This document shows, piece after piece, positions 39,010-52,614 of a DNA stretch of 64,000 nucleotides. The notes under the pieces were generated by a model. The model saw only the letters and a program-made list of their open reading frames with translations. It had not been told where the DNA came from and made no database searches. Source of the stretch: Eledone cirrhosa (taxonomy: Eukaryota); NCBI GenBank assembly GCA_964016885.1, contig OZ024741.1, positions 190,650,001-190,714,000 of the forward strand, given 5' to 3'. Position 1 is the stretch's first letter, and each line of letters opens with the position of its first letter. The translations under genes were made by a program, and so were the position numbers.

Positions 39010-39424
39010 CTTACAGTAAACATTGATGCAATTCAATTCAAGCACTCAATGTACTTTTTCCATGTAACAATGACAGAGTATATTTAGAATAAGAAAATGT
39101 GGAGTAGTTTCAGATGTTAAAATCCTTTATTGATAAGGCCGTAATACATATTTCAATGATGACAGTGGCCACGCGATTCCGCATAGCCAGTGCCATTATC
39201 TCATCAGACAGCATCGTACATAATGTAACCTTTTTATGTAAGCTGTTGTTTGCAGAATCGCATGGCCACTGTCGTCATTGAAATATGTATTACGGCCTAA
39301 TCAATAAAGGATTTTAACATCTGAAACTACTCCGCATTTTCTTATTCTAAATATACTCTGTCATTGTTACATGGAAAAAGTACATTGAGTGCTTGAATTG
39401 AATTGCATCAATGTTTACTGTAAG
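39010..39424. repeat. Inverted repeat, ~174-bp arms (39010-39183 / 39251-39424)
   Basis: Reverse-complement match with few mismatches. Confidence 0.95.
39138..39212 (-). ncRNA. Type I hammerhead ribozyme with extended stem II
   Basis: GCUGU CUGAUGA GAUAAUGGCA...UGUCAUCAUU GAAA U-augu-A UU ACGGC. Confidence 0.75.
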
Positions 39425-39435
39425 TATATATATAT

Positions 39436-42400
39436 ATCATCATCATCATCATCATTTTACGTCCGCTTTTCCCTGCTTGCTAGGGTGGGACAGGTGCTAT
39501 TCAGCACAGCATCTCTCCACTTGTCATGGTCCTTTGTCATCTCCTCCGTGAGCTTCAGCGATCTGAGATCTGCTCTCACCACCTCCGCCCATATTTTCCG
39601 TGGTCTACCTCTACTGCATCTTCCTTCAGCTGGCATTTCCTGGCACTTCTTCACCCATCGGTCATCTTCCATGCATATCATATGTCCATACCACCACAGT
39701 CTCCTCTCAAGCACACTACAATCTATCCCTCTCAGACACAGTTTCTCTCTCAACATATCCATGCTCGGTCATTCACGCACATTGACAGTGCACATCCAAT
39801 GGAGCATGTTTGCCTCATTTCTCTCCAGCCGTTGCATATCCTTTGCAGTTGCTGCCCATGTCTCACTACCATGCAACATAGCGCTCTGCTCCTCACACAG
39901 GCATCATATAACCGGCTTTTCGTATGCAGGAAGAAACCTTTCTTCGTCAGCAGAGGAAGCAGCTCCCTAAACTTCTTCCAACCCGTCCTTATTGTAGATA
40001 CTATGTCCTCGGAACACCCTCTCCCATGCTAATCTGATCTTCTAGGTACCGGAAGCTATCAACCACTTCTATAGCACCCACCTGCATTTGAAAAATGTGT
40101 CTATCAATGTGACTTCTACTGTCTAATTTCCCTGTACATATACTGCATACGTATTTCTCCCTACCTGTTAGTTTGCCTGCTATCCCACTACATACATCTC
40201 TTGTGTACCCAAGATCTGAATTGTGTGCATTTTATAGAATTTATGCCAGTTCCTTTTCTGCATATCGAACATGGCCATTTCCCTGATGGAATCAGAGTTT
40301 TGTCCTGTTTTCTACTCATCAACACTTTTGTCTTAGCTATGTTCACTCTCAATCCTCTTGATTCCAACTGCTGTTTCCATAGCCAGAATTTATTCTCTAG
40401 CTCCTCTACTGATTCTGCTATAAGAACCAGATCATCAGCATAGAGAAGTTCCCATGGACAGCCAGTCTTAAACTCCTCTGTTATGGCTTGGAGGACTATA
40501 ATGAACAAGAGCAGGCTGAGGACTGAACTCTGATGTACTCCTACTTGTATCTGGAATTCCTCACTAAACTCCATTCCTAACAACAAGGTGTTGTCATTCT
40601 TGACAACACCTTTGTACAAAGTTTGCACTGTCCTCACAAGCCATTCCTCAACACCTAGTTTCCTTAGGGTCCACCAGATGACAGAACGAGGTACCCTATC
40701 AAAGGCCTTCTCTAGGTCAACAAAAGCTAAGTATAGTGGCTTATTCTTCTCTAAGAACCTCTCTTGTAATTGTCTCACCAAGAAGAGGGCATTTGTTGTA
40801 CTTTTCCCAGGCACAAAACCAAACTGCATCTCATCTAGTTTGACCCTTTCTCTAATTAGTTGTGCTAATATCCTTTCTGCCACTTTCATAACCTGATCCA
40901 TCAGTTTTATACCCCTATAATTGCTCCTCTCCAGAGCATCCCCTTTACCTTTGTAGCAATTTATGAGAATACTACTGCACCAGTCTTTGGGTATGACACC
41001 GCCATATATAGCCTGATTGATGATGCATGCAACCAGTTTAGTGCCTACGTCCCCTGATGCCTTCAGCATCTCAGCAACTATCCCTGACGGTCCAGCGGCC
41101 TTACCATTTTTCATTTCCTTAATCGCCTCTTGGACTCTATATTCGTCAATCTCAATAGCTGGTCCCTCTGCCGGATCTACTGAGGGTAATTTCTCTCTCT
41201 CCCATTCGTTCTCCACATTCATCAGTCTCTCATAATGACATTTCCAGGCCTCCTTTTTCTGATCATTCGTGACACTAAGTACACCAGCATCATTCCGGAC
41301 TAATTTATCTCCAACAACATCCTGATTTGCATTGACACACTGCCTTGCAATGTGGAACACTGCACGCCTCTGATCTTCCTGTCACAGAACATTGGCAAAC
41401 CTCCTACTCTCAGCCTCCCTGCGTGCTAAGTACACCTGATGTCTAGCTTCTCTCTTAGCGGCTGTATATCCTTCTCTACTCCCACCCTTTTTCCAAGCCT
41501 TCCATGCTAGTCTTTTGTCTCTAATGGCCCTATCTACCGTGCTGTTCCACCACCAGGTCACTCTCTGTCTGGTTGGAGCTCTGCTCCAGCCACAAGTTTC
41601 ATCAGCAGCCTGCAGTAAGTTGTCACATAAGAAATTCCAGTTATCATCTATGTCATACAACTCTAAATCGTCTTCTTTTTCGTCATACATATCTTGAAGG
41701 GCTTTCCTAAATTTGTATTTTAGTGAAAGGTCTTTTAGCTTCCAGACCTTTCTTCTCCACACTTCCGGTATGTTTCATTCCATCTCTTGCTTACAGAGAT
41801 ATCACTAATGACTAACCTATGCTGTGGGGTACATTCTTCCCCAGGGTATGCCTTGGTATTTGACACCATCTGCCTGTCCCGCTGCCTAACTAGTAAGAAG
41901 TTAATCTGGCTTATGTGCTCGCCTGATCTGTAGGTTATTAGGTGGTTGACAGGTTTCTGGAAGTTAGTGTTGCAAATGGTTAGTGTACTTGCATCACAAA
42001 ATTCAAGAAGTCTCACTCCTTCATTTCTTGATCCGTAACCGTACTCACCATGTACCCCAGTGTAACCATACTGGAGCTGTCCAACATGACCATTGAAGTC
42101 CCCTGCTAGCATAATGATGCCTCCGTCCTCTACCATTGCGGCTGTTTGTAAAAGTTGCTCGTAAAAGCAGTCTTTCTCTTCTTTACCTAAGCCTGCCTGG
42201 AGAGCATAGGCAGAGATGATTGTCAGTAGTCTCCTGCCTACAACTAATCTGAGCTTAATTATTCTATTATTAACTCGAACTACCTCTATTGTCTCATCGA
42301 TCCATCTCTCAGCCAGGAAAATGCCTACTCCCCCTAACGCATCATCCTTACCTACCCAGAAAAGCTTATAACTAAGATATTTGCCTGCGATTAGTCTCGC

Positions 42401-42540
42401 AGAGGCACCTCTCCATCTCACCTCTTGCACGCAGTGCACATTCACATGCCTTCTCTCCAGAATCTCCGCTATTTCACCAGATCTACCTGTGAGAGTGCCA
42501 ACATTAAGTGTTGCAACTCTGAGATGCGACGTCTTCATAT
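39436..42540 (-). mobile_element. Near full-length RTE-clade LINE (APE-RT) with stops and frameshifts, (GAT)n tail
   Basis: TLNVGTL, VQEVRW, GDFNGHVG, KAAGPSGI, DLEKAFDRV, YADDL, GRPRKIW. Confidence 0.93.
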
Positions 42541-42554
42541 TCTTCATCTCTATC

Positions 42555-43984
42555 TCTATATATATAAAACGGAAGATGTCTGTCTCTGTGTGTGTATGAT
42601 TTTTATGCATTTCCACATTTCTCTACCGATTTTGATGATTTTTTTCCAATGTGCTCCAAATTTACCAACGATGGTCAACGCATAATAAACTTTGCCAAAA
42701 ATTTCCTGCCTCTATGAAAAAAATCGATAAAACTAAATACATGCTGTAACCCTCTCTCTACTACCCTCAAAAGTCGATGAAACTACATACATGTTGCAAC
42801 TCTCTTTAAAAGGTTCATCCCTCCCTCTACTCCCCTCTCAATCTCCTCTGCAACTCTCTTACAGTTTACAACAGCGACAAAACTTCGTTCAGGAACGCAA
42901 CATAAACTTTGAAAACTAAGCAACACATCAATTTATACAACAACAAATATAGTCATAACGCTCTCTCCGTCGCTCTTCCCTCTCTCTATAATAGATCATT
43001 CCCCATCTCTATAATTTAACTGCTTTACTATCTTCATGCTTTGAGGTTTAACACACCTCCCTATAGTTTCTTAGCTTTACTCTCTCCGCCGCTGTTCCCT
43101 CTCTCTATAATAGATTATTCCCCCTCTCTATAATTTAACTGCTTTACTCTCTCTGTCGCTCTTCACTCTCTATATGACAACACTGTTTTACACACCTCCC
43201 TATAGTTTCTTAGCTTTACTCTCTCAGTCGCTCTTCCCTCTCTCTCTCTATAATAGATTATTCCCCCTCTCTATAATTTAACTACTGGGGGAGTCATTGG
43301 AGTTCCGTATTGAGATACGGCTTTTCTGGGGTATTTTAAATTTGTTAAATATTAATATGACAACACCCATAGTGTTGTACTTCTGGCAATTCTGCCGAAT
43401 ACACCGCCAAGGATGAACCTTTCCCCCTCGGCGTCAGATATCCCGTTCGATTTCCGACGATCCCAATTTCCGGTGAGACCATGTTTTGCCATGTCCATTA
43501 ACAAGTCACAAGGGCAAACTTTGTCGGTGGCGGGCATCCATTTGGGGGAGCCATGCTTCTCCCATGGCTAACTTTATGTTGCCTGTTCCCGCGTAGAGAG
43601 CAGCAATGGACTTTTTGCTTACACTCCTCAAGGGATGACACGCAATATCGTCTACAAAGAGGTGTTATAGATGTTAGTGCAGGTGTTGGAGCTATGCCGT
43701 CTGGAAAACTATTTCCTCTTAGGGTCACCCATGGCGGACAGATCTGACACCCAGCGGCATCAGGGCCACCATCTTGCAACTTTGGTCTGCTAAATTCGCT
43801 ATTGGAATATTATTAACCCATCATTGATTGTCCAAAATGCTAATTGGTTCGTAACTTTTAATAACCGGTTCAACTGCTTTATGCACTTAATTGATAAGCT
43901 TATTCGCTTTCAAGCCACGTTTACCTGTATGTAACTTTTCATAGCAAATGAACAAACCCGAGCAACGCCGGGCTAAACTGCTAG
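42555..43984 (+). mobile_element. Non-autonomous Helitron with internal tandem repeats (42955-43285) and PIF1 C-terminal remnant (43405-43669)
   Basis: 5' TC; RRSQFPVRPCFAMSINKSQGQTL...HG*LYVACSRV...TRNIVYKEVL; hairpin cccgagcaacgccggg then CTAG. Confidence 0.9.
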
Positions 43985-44039
43985 TATATAATTATATTTA
44001 TTCAATTGAAGAAAGTTGGTTGATTGAAAATCTGCCAAC

Positions 44040-45265
44040 TTTTTCTTAACAGTTGTGAAACACTCCACACTTTTTGTTGATCCGGAATTTTATTATAATA
44101 ATAAACAAGAAGATGTAAGGCAGTTGTATAACAACTGCCCTACGTGTTCTCTTCAGACAAAAATCCAAATGAGTTGTAAATATCCATTGATATGTTACCC
44201 ATCATATGTGTTATTTGCTTCACCGACCAGTAAGCATATGTCTGAAATTCTCAACTAGCAGTTCTTATATGTGCGGGAAATACTTATTCCAATTGGTGTT
44301 GTTGCTTGTGAATTGGCTAAGGTATCAAGTTACCAGATTCGTTGTTTGATTCATAGTGAGGCATGTATGAACTGTTAGTCTATTTTTTAATTTTTTTATA
44401 CTAGATTTTATTCACTTAGATACTAATTCTAATTTTAGATATTTGTACTTTGATGCTGATGTTATAATGTATCTATATATTTATGAATGTTTAATTAATT
44501 ATTTGGTGATCTATTTAGTATTATTTACTGAAGTTTTAACTATATACTCTACGAAATGTCTTATTAATGTTGTGTTAACAAGAATTTCAGAGTGTTTATT
44601 AATAATTTTATGCCTAGATCCATTTGTATATGGGAAAGGATGTGAGAGTTTTGACCAAGAAAGGGAGTATTCCACTTGTTTATTTTTTAGCGACCAAATC
44701 AGTTCCGACAGGGCTGTGCTAGATCTTTTATCAGTTGTTTTAAATGAGTGGCGATGGTTGTACCACCTTTCCTTAAATCTAGTATAAGTTGCACCAATAT
44801 ATCTATAAGTCTTACTATTCGTTTTTACTTCACATTCATAAACAATATTTTTTATCTAAACGGTTATTTTGCATTGGGCAACTATTACGATTTCTGTAAT
44901 TGCAATTATTTACATTACCATTCATTGTTCCCTCACTGTCTCTGTGTCCGTTGCTTTATCTCATTTATGTCGAGTTGCTGTTATCCCTGTTATTCGAGTT
45001 GCTGTTTAATCTATCAGTGTTTCTATGCTTGCTATTATCAGTTATCTCCCTATGTTTAATTCCCAGATTTCTATTGATAATTTTTGCTATATTCTGGGCT
45101 ATGCTTTTGGTTGTCGAGTAAGAAAGTTTAATCATGTGTCAATTAAAGATTTGACTGTATATGCATGTGATCTAGGAAAAAATTTATCTAATGCGTTAAA
45201 AAAAGCCTAGCTATGGTTTTTTGTAGTCTAAAGGAGTGGGGTGGATTATACCACAGAACACCACA
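44040..45265 (-). mobile_element. Penelope-like element 3' part: RT thumb/linker and GIY-YIG endonuclease pseudogene plus 3' non-coding region
   Basis: Manual translation: WYNPPHS; CNYRNRNSCPM; NIVYECEV...YIGATYTRFKERWYNHRHSF...STALSELIWSLK; CUGAAGA plus hairpin at 44071-44163. Confidence 0.88.
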
Positions 45266-45269
45266 TGGA

Positions 45270-45427
45270 ACCTTACATACCTAGAACACCGAGGATAAAT
45301 ATGAAAGACCATAAAAATAATTTTGAATCAGATCTACCAGTTAGACTTATAGCACCATCTAAATTCGACAAAGGAATCATAAGTAAGAGCATACTAGACA
45401 GGATTGTACCACAGTTACTAGCAACTA
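45270..45427 (+). mobile_element. Penelope-like RT N-terminal fragment, inverted relative to 44040-45265
   Basis: PRINMKDHKNNFESDLPVRLIAPSKFDKGIISKSILDRI, homologous to 61044-61283. Confidence 0.8.
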
Positions 45428-45503
45428 CCTATGTTTCTATCTATCTTCTGACAATAAATAAAACATATATCTCACTTCCTATTTATCTACTCACCTATTA
45501 CAA

Positions 45504-46092
45504 AGCATCCCCTTTACCTTTGTAGCAATTTATGAGAATACTGCTGCACCAGTCTTTGGGTATGACACCGCCATATATAGCCTGATTGATGATGCATGCA
45601 ACCAGTTTAGTGCCTACGTCCCCTGATGCCTTCAGCATCTCAGCAACTATCCCTGACGGTCCAGCGGCCTTACCATTTTTCATTTCCTTAATCACCTCTT
45701 GGACCCTATATTCGTCAATCTCAATAGCTGGTCCTTCTGCCGGATCTACTGAGGGTAATTTCTCTCTCTCCCATTCGTTCTCCACATTCATCAGTCTCTC
45801 ATAATGACATTTCCAGGCCTCCTTTTTCTGATCATTCGTGACACTAAGTACACCGGCATCATTCCGGACTAATTTATCTCCAACAACATCCTGATTTGCA
45901 TTGACACACTGCCTTGCAATGTGGAACACTGCACGCCTCTGATCTTCCTGTCACAGAACATTGGCAAACCTCCTACTCTCAGCCTCCCTGCGTGCTAAGT
46001 ACACCTGATGTCTAGCTTCTCTCTTAGCGGCTGTATATCCTTCTCTACTCCCACCCTTTTTCCAAGCCTTCCATGCTAGTCTTTTGTCTCTA
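45504..46092 (-). repeat. Local duplicate of RTE segment 40935-41523
   Basis: About 5 differences in 589 bp by eye; same premature TGA. Confidence 0.92.
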
Positions 46093-46279
46093 TCTATCTA
46101 TCTATCTATCTATCTGTAATGTCTCCCCCTATTGGGGAAAATCGATTGTTTTTTAAATTGCATTTGTGATAGTATTTTACACGTTTTTATTGTATGTAAA
46201 CTTCCCCCTTTGTATTTGTCCCCTTCTTTTGTGCCCCTGTGAATCTATCTATCTATATACCTATCTATCTATATATCTT

Positions 46280-49200
46280 TAGTTAAGGAGCGGTTGACGG
46301 GCGCCATCGTCAACAGCAGGTGGTGGGGATCTCTCAAACGAGAGATTAGAGTAGTCTCTATAGAATTTAGTAAGGAGTTAGCCTCAAATAGAAATAGGAA
46401 GGAAAGGGAGTTGGTAGATAGTGTAGAAGAGGCAATTAGAAGCGGCGACGTGGCCAGAGTGCTACCGTCGAGAACGGCCCTGGGCCAGTTCTTCGACGCG
46501 AAACACGAAGGCTGCATCGTCCGAAGCAAAATACGTGCTCTGGGAAACGAGGGGACCAAAGCTATTAGCTGGCCCGCGTGACAGAAGCCAAAAGAGGGAG
46601 TAGATCCACTATCCGGTCTTTGCGAGACCAGGATGGACGGGTGATCCTTGAACCTAAGCAGATGTGCGAGGCTTTTCAAAAGCACTTTTCCAGATTGTTC
46701 GGAAGGGGCGGGGAACCGGTTGGGGAAGTGGACTTCGGTCCATACCTCGACGGCCTGCCGCGTCTCTCGGACAGGGAGGCGAAGTCCTGCGAGGAGCCGA
46801 TTTCAGCTGCTAAGATAGAGGACGTGCTGAGCCAATGCGGCAAACGCAAATCCCCGGGTCTCGATGGTCTTCCATACGAACTATATCTAGCTATGCCGGA
46901 CTTGTTCCCCGATCTCCTCGAGGCGGTCTACTGCAACTGGCAACAGAACGGGAGAATTCCTTGTGCTGTGACCAAGGGCGTAGTCACGCTAGTGAGGAAG
47001 GACGAGAACAAGGGGGACGATATAAATAATTTCAGGCCCATAACTCTGCTAAATACAGAGTTACAGATTTTGGCCAAGATGCTAGCAAAGAGGTTGGCGC
47101 TTGTCGTGGGAAACCTGGTGGGAGATGCGCAGACATGTGCTATCCCGTCCAGGTCATCCACGACAACCTCCACCTCATGCGATACATCATACAGAGGGTT
47201 GGGAACGAACCCGGCTTTGGTGGGGCCCTGATCAGCTTGGATCAATCTAAGGCGTTCGATAGGGTCGACCATGGTTACCTGGATGCGGTGCTAGCGGCGG
47301 CAGGCTTCGGACACGTTTTCAGGGGCTGGATCACAGCCATGCACAGCAGCCGCATCTGCTCTAGGGTCAAAGTGAACGGCTACCTCTCGGAGCCGTTCGA
47401 AATTGCGCGGTCCATCCGACAGGGGTGCCCTCTCTCCTCCCTTCTGTATGTAATGACTCTAGAGCCACTGCTGCGGAAGTTGGAGTTGCTGCAGGGCATC
47501 CCGTTGGAACCGGGATTGCGGAAAGCGGTGTCGGCCTACGCCGATGACGTAACAGTAATGGTGTCGACGGCCTCGGAAATAGGGGCGATCGGCACCTTAC
47601 TGGAGGAGTACAAAAGGTTTACAGGGGCTAAGCTGAACCGGGACAAGTCGATCGGTCTGCAACTCGGCACGTGGAGGGGCAGATCGATTCCCTCCGATGG
47701 CGTCGTCGGGTGCTGGACGGAGGGCCCGGTGAAGTTGCTCGGGGTCTGGTTCGGACCAGACCTCCAGGTGGAGAAGAACGGGGGTGAGGTAACGAACAGG
47801 GTGTTTGCACTGATCCAGAAGTGGGCCGAGTGCAAACTGTCCCTGAAAGGTCGGGCGGAGGTGGCAAACACTTATATAGCGTCCGTCATCTACTACCGCC
47901 TGACCGTCGTGCCTTGCCCAAGGGAAACGCTCGCCAAAATGGAGCGCGCACTCTTCCAATTCCTTTGGAAGAAGCGGGCTCCTATGGTGAGGAGATCCAT
48001 CTGCTGTCAACACCCTTCGAAAGGAGGGCTGGGGATGCCGTGGTTGATGATGCGTAAACACGCATTAAGGCTACGGCACCTCCAGGTATTCCCCACCGGT
48101 CAACCAGTGTGGGCCCCGTTTGTGAGGCGAGCCTTTCCCAGACTCGTCTCGCTCACCGAGCTGCAATCCTGGGTCAAGCAAAGACCGAGAAAACTGGGCG
48201 CCTGGCACACCGAGTGTGCCCAGGCGCTCACGGCTCTTTGGCAGGCGAACCCGGCTGTCAGTGGAGAATCCACCTCGTCTTTCTATAGAGGGCTGGTGGT
48301 TAGCAGGTGCGACGATGCCCTCGGAGAAGCCCTAGGCATGGAGGAAAATGAACTGGCCAACCTGTTCGGTAGGACATTCAGCCCGGGACCTATGGATAAC
48401 TTCCAGAGGTCCCTGGCCTGGCAGTGCTACCGAAGGGCTCTGCCCGTTCGAGAAAGGCTCTACAGACACGGGCGCCCGTGTAGGGACCCCTCGAAAACGA
48501 TCTGTCCCAGATGCGTGTGCGACGAGGAAACCGTTGCACACGCATTGGTACACTGCTCGGGCATAGCCGATCTGTGGGGCTATGTCGAACGACTGCTGTC
48601 ACGGGTGGGACCGATCCGGTTGACCACCGAGTCTATTGTAACGATCAAGCCGCCTCCCCTCTTCAAAAACGAAGGAGAGGCGGTGTTTCTGTGCGTAATA
48701 GCCATGGCGAAAGAGGTTGTATGGTGGACGCGTCTGAAAGGACTGAGGTCAGACACCTTTCTCTCTGGCCAACAACTGGTCCGTTTCTTCCGATATCATT
48801 TCGGAAGAAGGATCAGGATGGCGAGAGAGGTGCTGCACCCCAGCCGTTTTTATGAAAGATGGGTGAAAGTGGCGAGAATGGCCCGTGTGAATGGGCCTTC
48901 ACTCTACATCAGACTGTAGGTGAGGAAGATGAAAGATCAAGGGAGCACCCTCTCTCTGTACTCCTGAGGAGGGTTGCACACTTTTTTCGGGGGGGAATGG
49001 GGCGACCCTCCCAGGCGCCTCCTCCCTATTGAGGATTTTGTTTTTCAATTTATTTTTGTTATATTTTATATTTTATATTTTTATATTTTGTTATTGCCTC
49101 CTCCTTATTGAGGACGCCTTTTTATATAAACTCCCCCCATTGTACTTGTCCCACTCTTTGATGCCCTGGTGGCAAATAAAAAGAAAGTTATCTATCTATC
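46280..49200 (+). mobile_element. 5'-truncated Tx1/L1 LINE (RT and zinc finger, 3' UTR) ending in (TATC)n
   Basis: ORFs 46294-48919: PGLDG, KAFDRV, QGCPLS, YADD, CPRC...HALVHC. Confidence 0.93.
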
Positions 49201-51540
49201 TTTCACCTGGTTTAGATGGTCTACCCTATGAGTTTTACATAGGCATGCCAGGCTTGTTCTCTGGCGTCCTCGAAGCGGTCTACTGCAACTTGCAGCAGAA
49301 CGGGAGGATCCCCAGTTCTGTAGGCAGAGGCGTAGTAACGCTGATCAGGAAAGATGGGAACAAGGGGGATGAGATAAGCAATTTCAGGCCCATAACTCTG
49401 CCCAACACAGAGTTAAAGATTTTGGCCAAGGTGTTAGCAGCAAGGCTGGCGCTTGTCGTCGAGAACCTGGTGGGGAAGCCCAAACGTGTGCAATCCCGAC
49501 CAGGTCCATACACGACAATCTCCACCTCATGCGCTACATCATAGAGAGGGTAGGGTGTAAACCTGGCTTCGGTGGAGCTCTGATCAATTTAGATCAGTCT
49601 AAGGCATTTGATAGGGTCGACCATCAATACTTGGAAGCAGTTCTCAAGGCGGCCGGCTTCGGTCCCATCTTCAGAGGCTGGATCGCTGCCATGCACACCA
49701 GCCTCTGCTCGGCAGTCAAGGTGAATGGCTACCTATCGGAGCCATTCCAGATCATGCGTTCCATCCGTCAGGGATGTCCTCTCTCTCCTCCATTCTGTAT
49801 GTACTGACTCTCGAGCCGTTACTACGGAAGTTGGAGCTGTTGCATGGCATCCCGATCGAACCAGGACTGCGGAAAGTAGCGTCGGCCTATGCTGACGACA
49901 TAACCGTAATGGTGTCGAAAACCTCGGAAATCGGGGTAATCGGCCACCTATTACAGGAATACGAAACGTTGACAAAAGCAAGACTAAACCCAAACAAGTC
50001 TGTCGATTTGCAACTCGGCACATGGAGAGGCAAACCCATGCCTTCCGACAGTGTCGTTGGACGCTGGGCGGAAGGACTGGTGAAATTGCTCGGGGTCTGG
50101 TTTGGTCCAGACCTCAAGGTGGGCAAGAACTGTAATAAGGTCACGGTGAAGGTGTTTGCACTCACCCAGAAGTGGGCTGAGTGCAAACTCTCCTTGAAAG
50201 GTCGAGCGGAGGTGGCGAACACTTACATAGCATCCGTCATCTACTACCGCTTGACAGTCGTGCCTTGCCCCTGCGAATACCTTACCAAAATAGAACGCAT
50301 ACTCTTCAAGTTCCTCTGGAAGAAACAGGCTCCATTGGTGAGGAGATCCATCTGCTGTTAACACCCTTCTAATGGAGGGCTGGGCATGCCGTGGCTGATG
50401 ATGCACAAACATCGCTGAGGCTACGCCATCTCCAGGTATGCCTGACCGGTGAACCGGTGTGGCTGTCGTTTGTGAGACAAGCTCTTCCACAACTCGTCTC
50501 ACTAACAGAGCTGCAGTCCTGGGTCAAGCGAAGACCGAAAATGGGTGCCTGGCACCTCGAGTGCCTACAGGCGCTCACAGCCCTCTACCAAGCGGAAACA
50601 GCAATCAGCGGAGACTCCACTTCGACATTCTATAGGGGATTAGTGGAGGATAGGTGCGACGACGTTCTCGGGGAAACTCTAGGCATCGAGGAGGACGAAC
50701 TGACCAGTCTGTTCGGGAGGACTTTCTGTCCAGGGCCTATGGATAACTTCCAGAGGTCTCTGGCCTGGCAGTGCTACCGAGGAGCTCTACCAGTTCGAGA
50801 CAAAATCTACAGGCACGGACGCCCTGGCAGAGATCCTGCCAAAAGACCTGTTCAAGATGCGAGCAGGACATCGAAACCATTCTGCACGCAATTGTTCAGT
50901 GCCCAGGGGTGTCCGACCTGTGGAATTATTTCGAACAGCTGCTGTCACGTGTGGGACGCATCCAGTTGTCAGCCGAGTCCATCGTGAGGATCACCCCGCC
51001 GCCTTCATTTAAGAACGAAGGAGAGGCGGTTTTCTTCTGTCTGGTGGCTATGGCGAAAGAGGAAATATGGTGGACGAGGTTAAAAGGACTGAGGGAAAAC
51101 ACCTTCCTCTCCGGACAACAACTTATCCCCTTCTTTAAGTATCACTTCAGAAGGAAGGTGAGAGTGAGAGAGAGGTGCTACACCCCAGTAAATTCGCTGA
51201 AAGGTGGGTGAATGTGGCGAAAATGGCCCGAGTGCATGGGCCTTCTCTGTATATAAACCTGTAGGTTGAGGAAGATAAACAGAGGGAAGACAGGAACACC
51301 TACAAAACGTGTTCCTGGTATTGAGGGTCGTTCTATCCACGGGGTGTAAAACAACCCTGCAGTAACGTTGCCCCCTATTTGGGGATTTCAATTGTTATTT
51401 TATTATATATAGTTTATTGTTATTTATTAATGTTAAAGTTATTTTTATGTAAAACCCCCGCCGCCACGTCTTGTAATGTCCCATTTTTGTACGCCCCTGT
51501 GGCAAATAAAGAAAGATATCTATCTATCTGTCTATCTGTC
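49201..51540 (+). mobile_element. Second 5'-truncated Tx1/L1 LINE, frameshifted, ending in tatc/tgtc repeats
   Basis: Same motifs; 3' end ...gtggcaaataaagaaaga-tatctatc matches the preceding copy. Confidence 0.92.
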
Positions 51541-51842
51541 TGTCTGTTTGTCAATGTTATTTGTTAACAGATGTCTCAATGAAGTTGAGAGCCAAGTTAC
51601 TATTTACAGTTTAATAGTTTTAAATCCCAACGCCAAACCAAAGTTGAGTGTTATAATTGACAGCTCCATACTAGAGGCTGCTCTCTATATAGAACTATTG
51701 ATAAATATTTATTGTAAGTCATGAGGAATCATGTTTTAGTGGAAGGAAAAGCAGGGAGGGAATTAATGAAAAACACCAAAAGATAAACTAACTCCAAAAT
51801 CACCTCCAGGGAGGTATCAAGAAAGTCTATAAACATAAATAA

Positions 51843-52030
51843 TAATTGTTTCTACTTTTGGCACAAGGCCAGCAAATACCCAGTGCATTACTGGTACTTT
51901 ATTTTATCGACCCGTAAGGATGAAAGGCAAAGTTAACCTCGGCGGGATTTGAACTCAGAATGGCAAGGGCCGTAACACTATACGTCAAAGCATGGCGTCC
52001 GATCCCCGACCGATACTGCCAATCCACCCC
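51843..52030 (-). mobile_element. SINE copy with apparent TSD (taaacataaataataat)
   Basis: Consensus match; flank duplicated on both sides. Confidence 0.88.
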
Positions 52031-52614
52031 ACTTAAACATAAATAATAATGATTTCTTTATTAGCCACACAGGACTCACATTAAGGAAACATTAAAGACG
52101 ATATAGGATGATACAGTGTGGGTTTTTCTTTGTGTGAAATAAAATTTATAAAAGAAGCTAAGGAAATAAACATTTAAAACAAACATAACAATTTACCCAA
52201 AGGTGAGAAGACTTTAAGGGTCACTCATAGAAATCCCACAAAAAGCCTCAGTCATCCTGTCCACTAGGGCAAAGTACCCTTTCCTAGTTTTTCTACTCCA
52301 ATCTACAGGTGTATGCTCAAGAGTATTGGGATCATAATTACAATTTCATGGTTCAATTTCCTAACCAGTTGGCAAAGCACATCATTTTATCCTGCTTCAG
52401 TTCACTCAGCTGAAAATGAGTACCAATGGCAGCTGTGGGCCAGTCAGGAGTTTGTATGCTCAATTACTTAATAGAAGCAGGATATGGTTCAGCCTGCATC
52501 CAAACCATGTAAACATGGAAAAGCAAATGTCAAAATAATCATTCTCTCTTATATATCATTTATATATATTTTTATGTATATATATCTATATATATATACA
52601 TAATTATTAATATA

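Noticed and set aside
52309-52415. Acceptor-like ctacag followed by a short open frame
   Set aside because: Sequence is a degraded SINE and has no PLAT similarity
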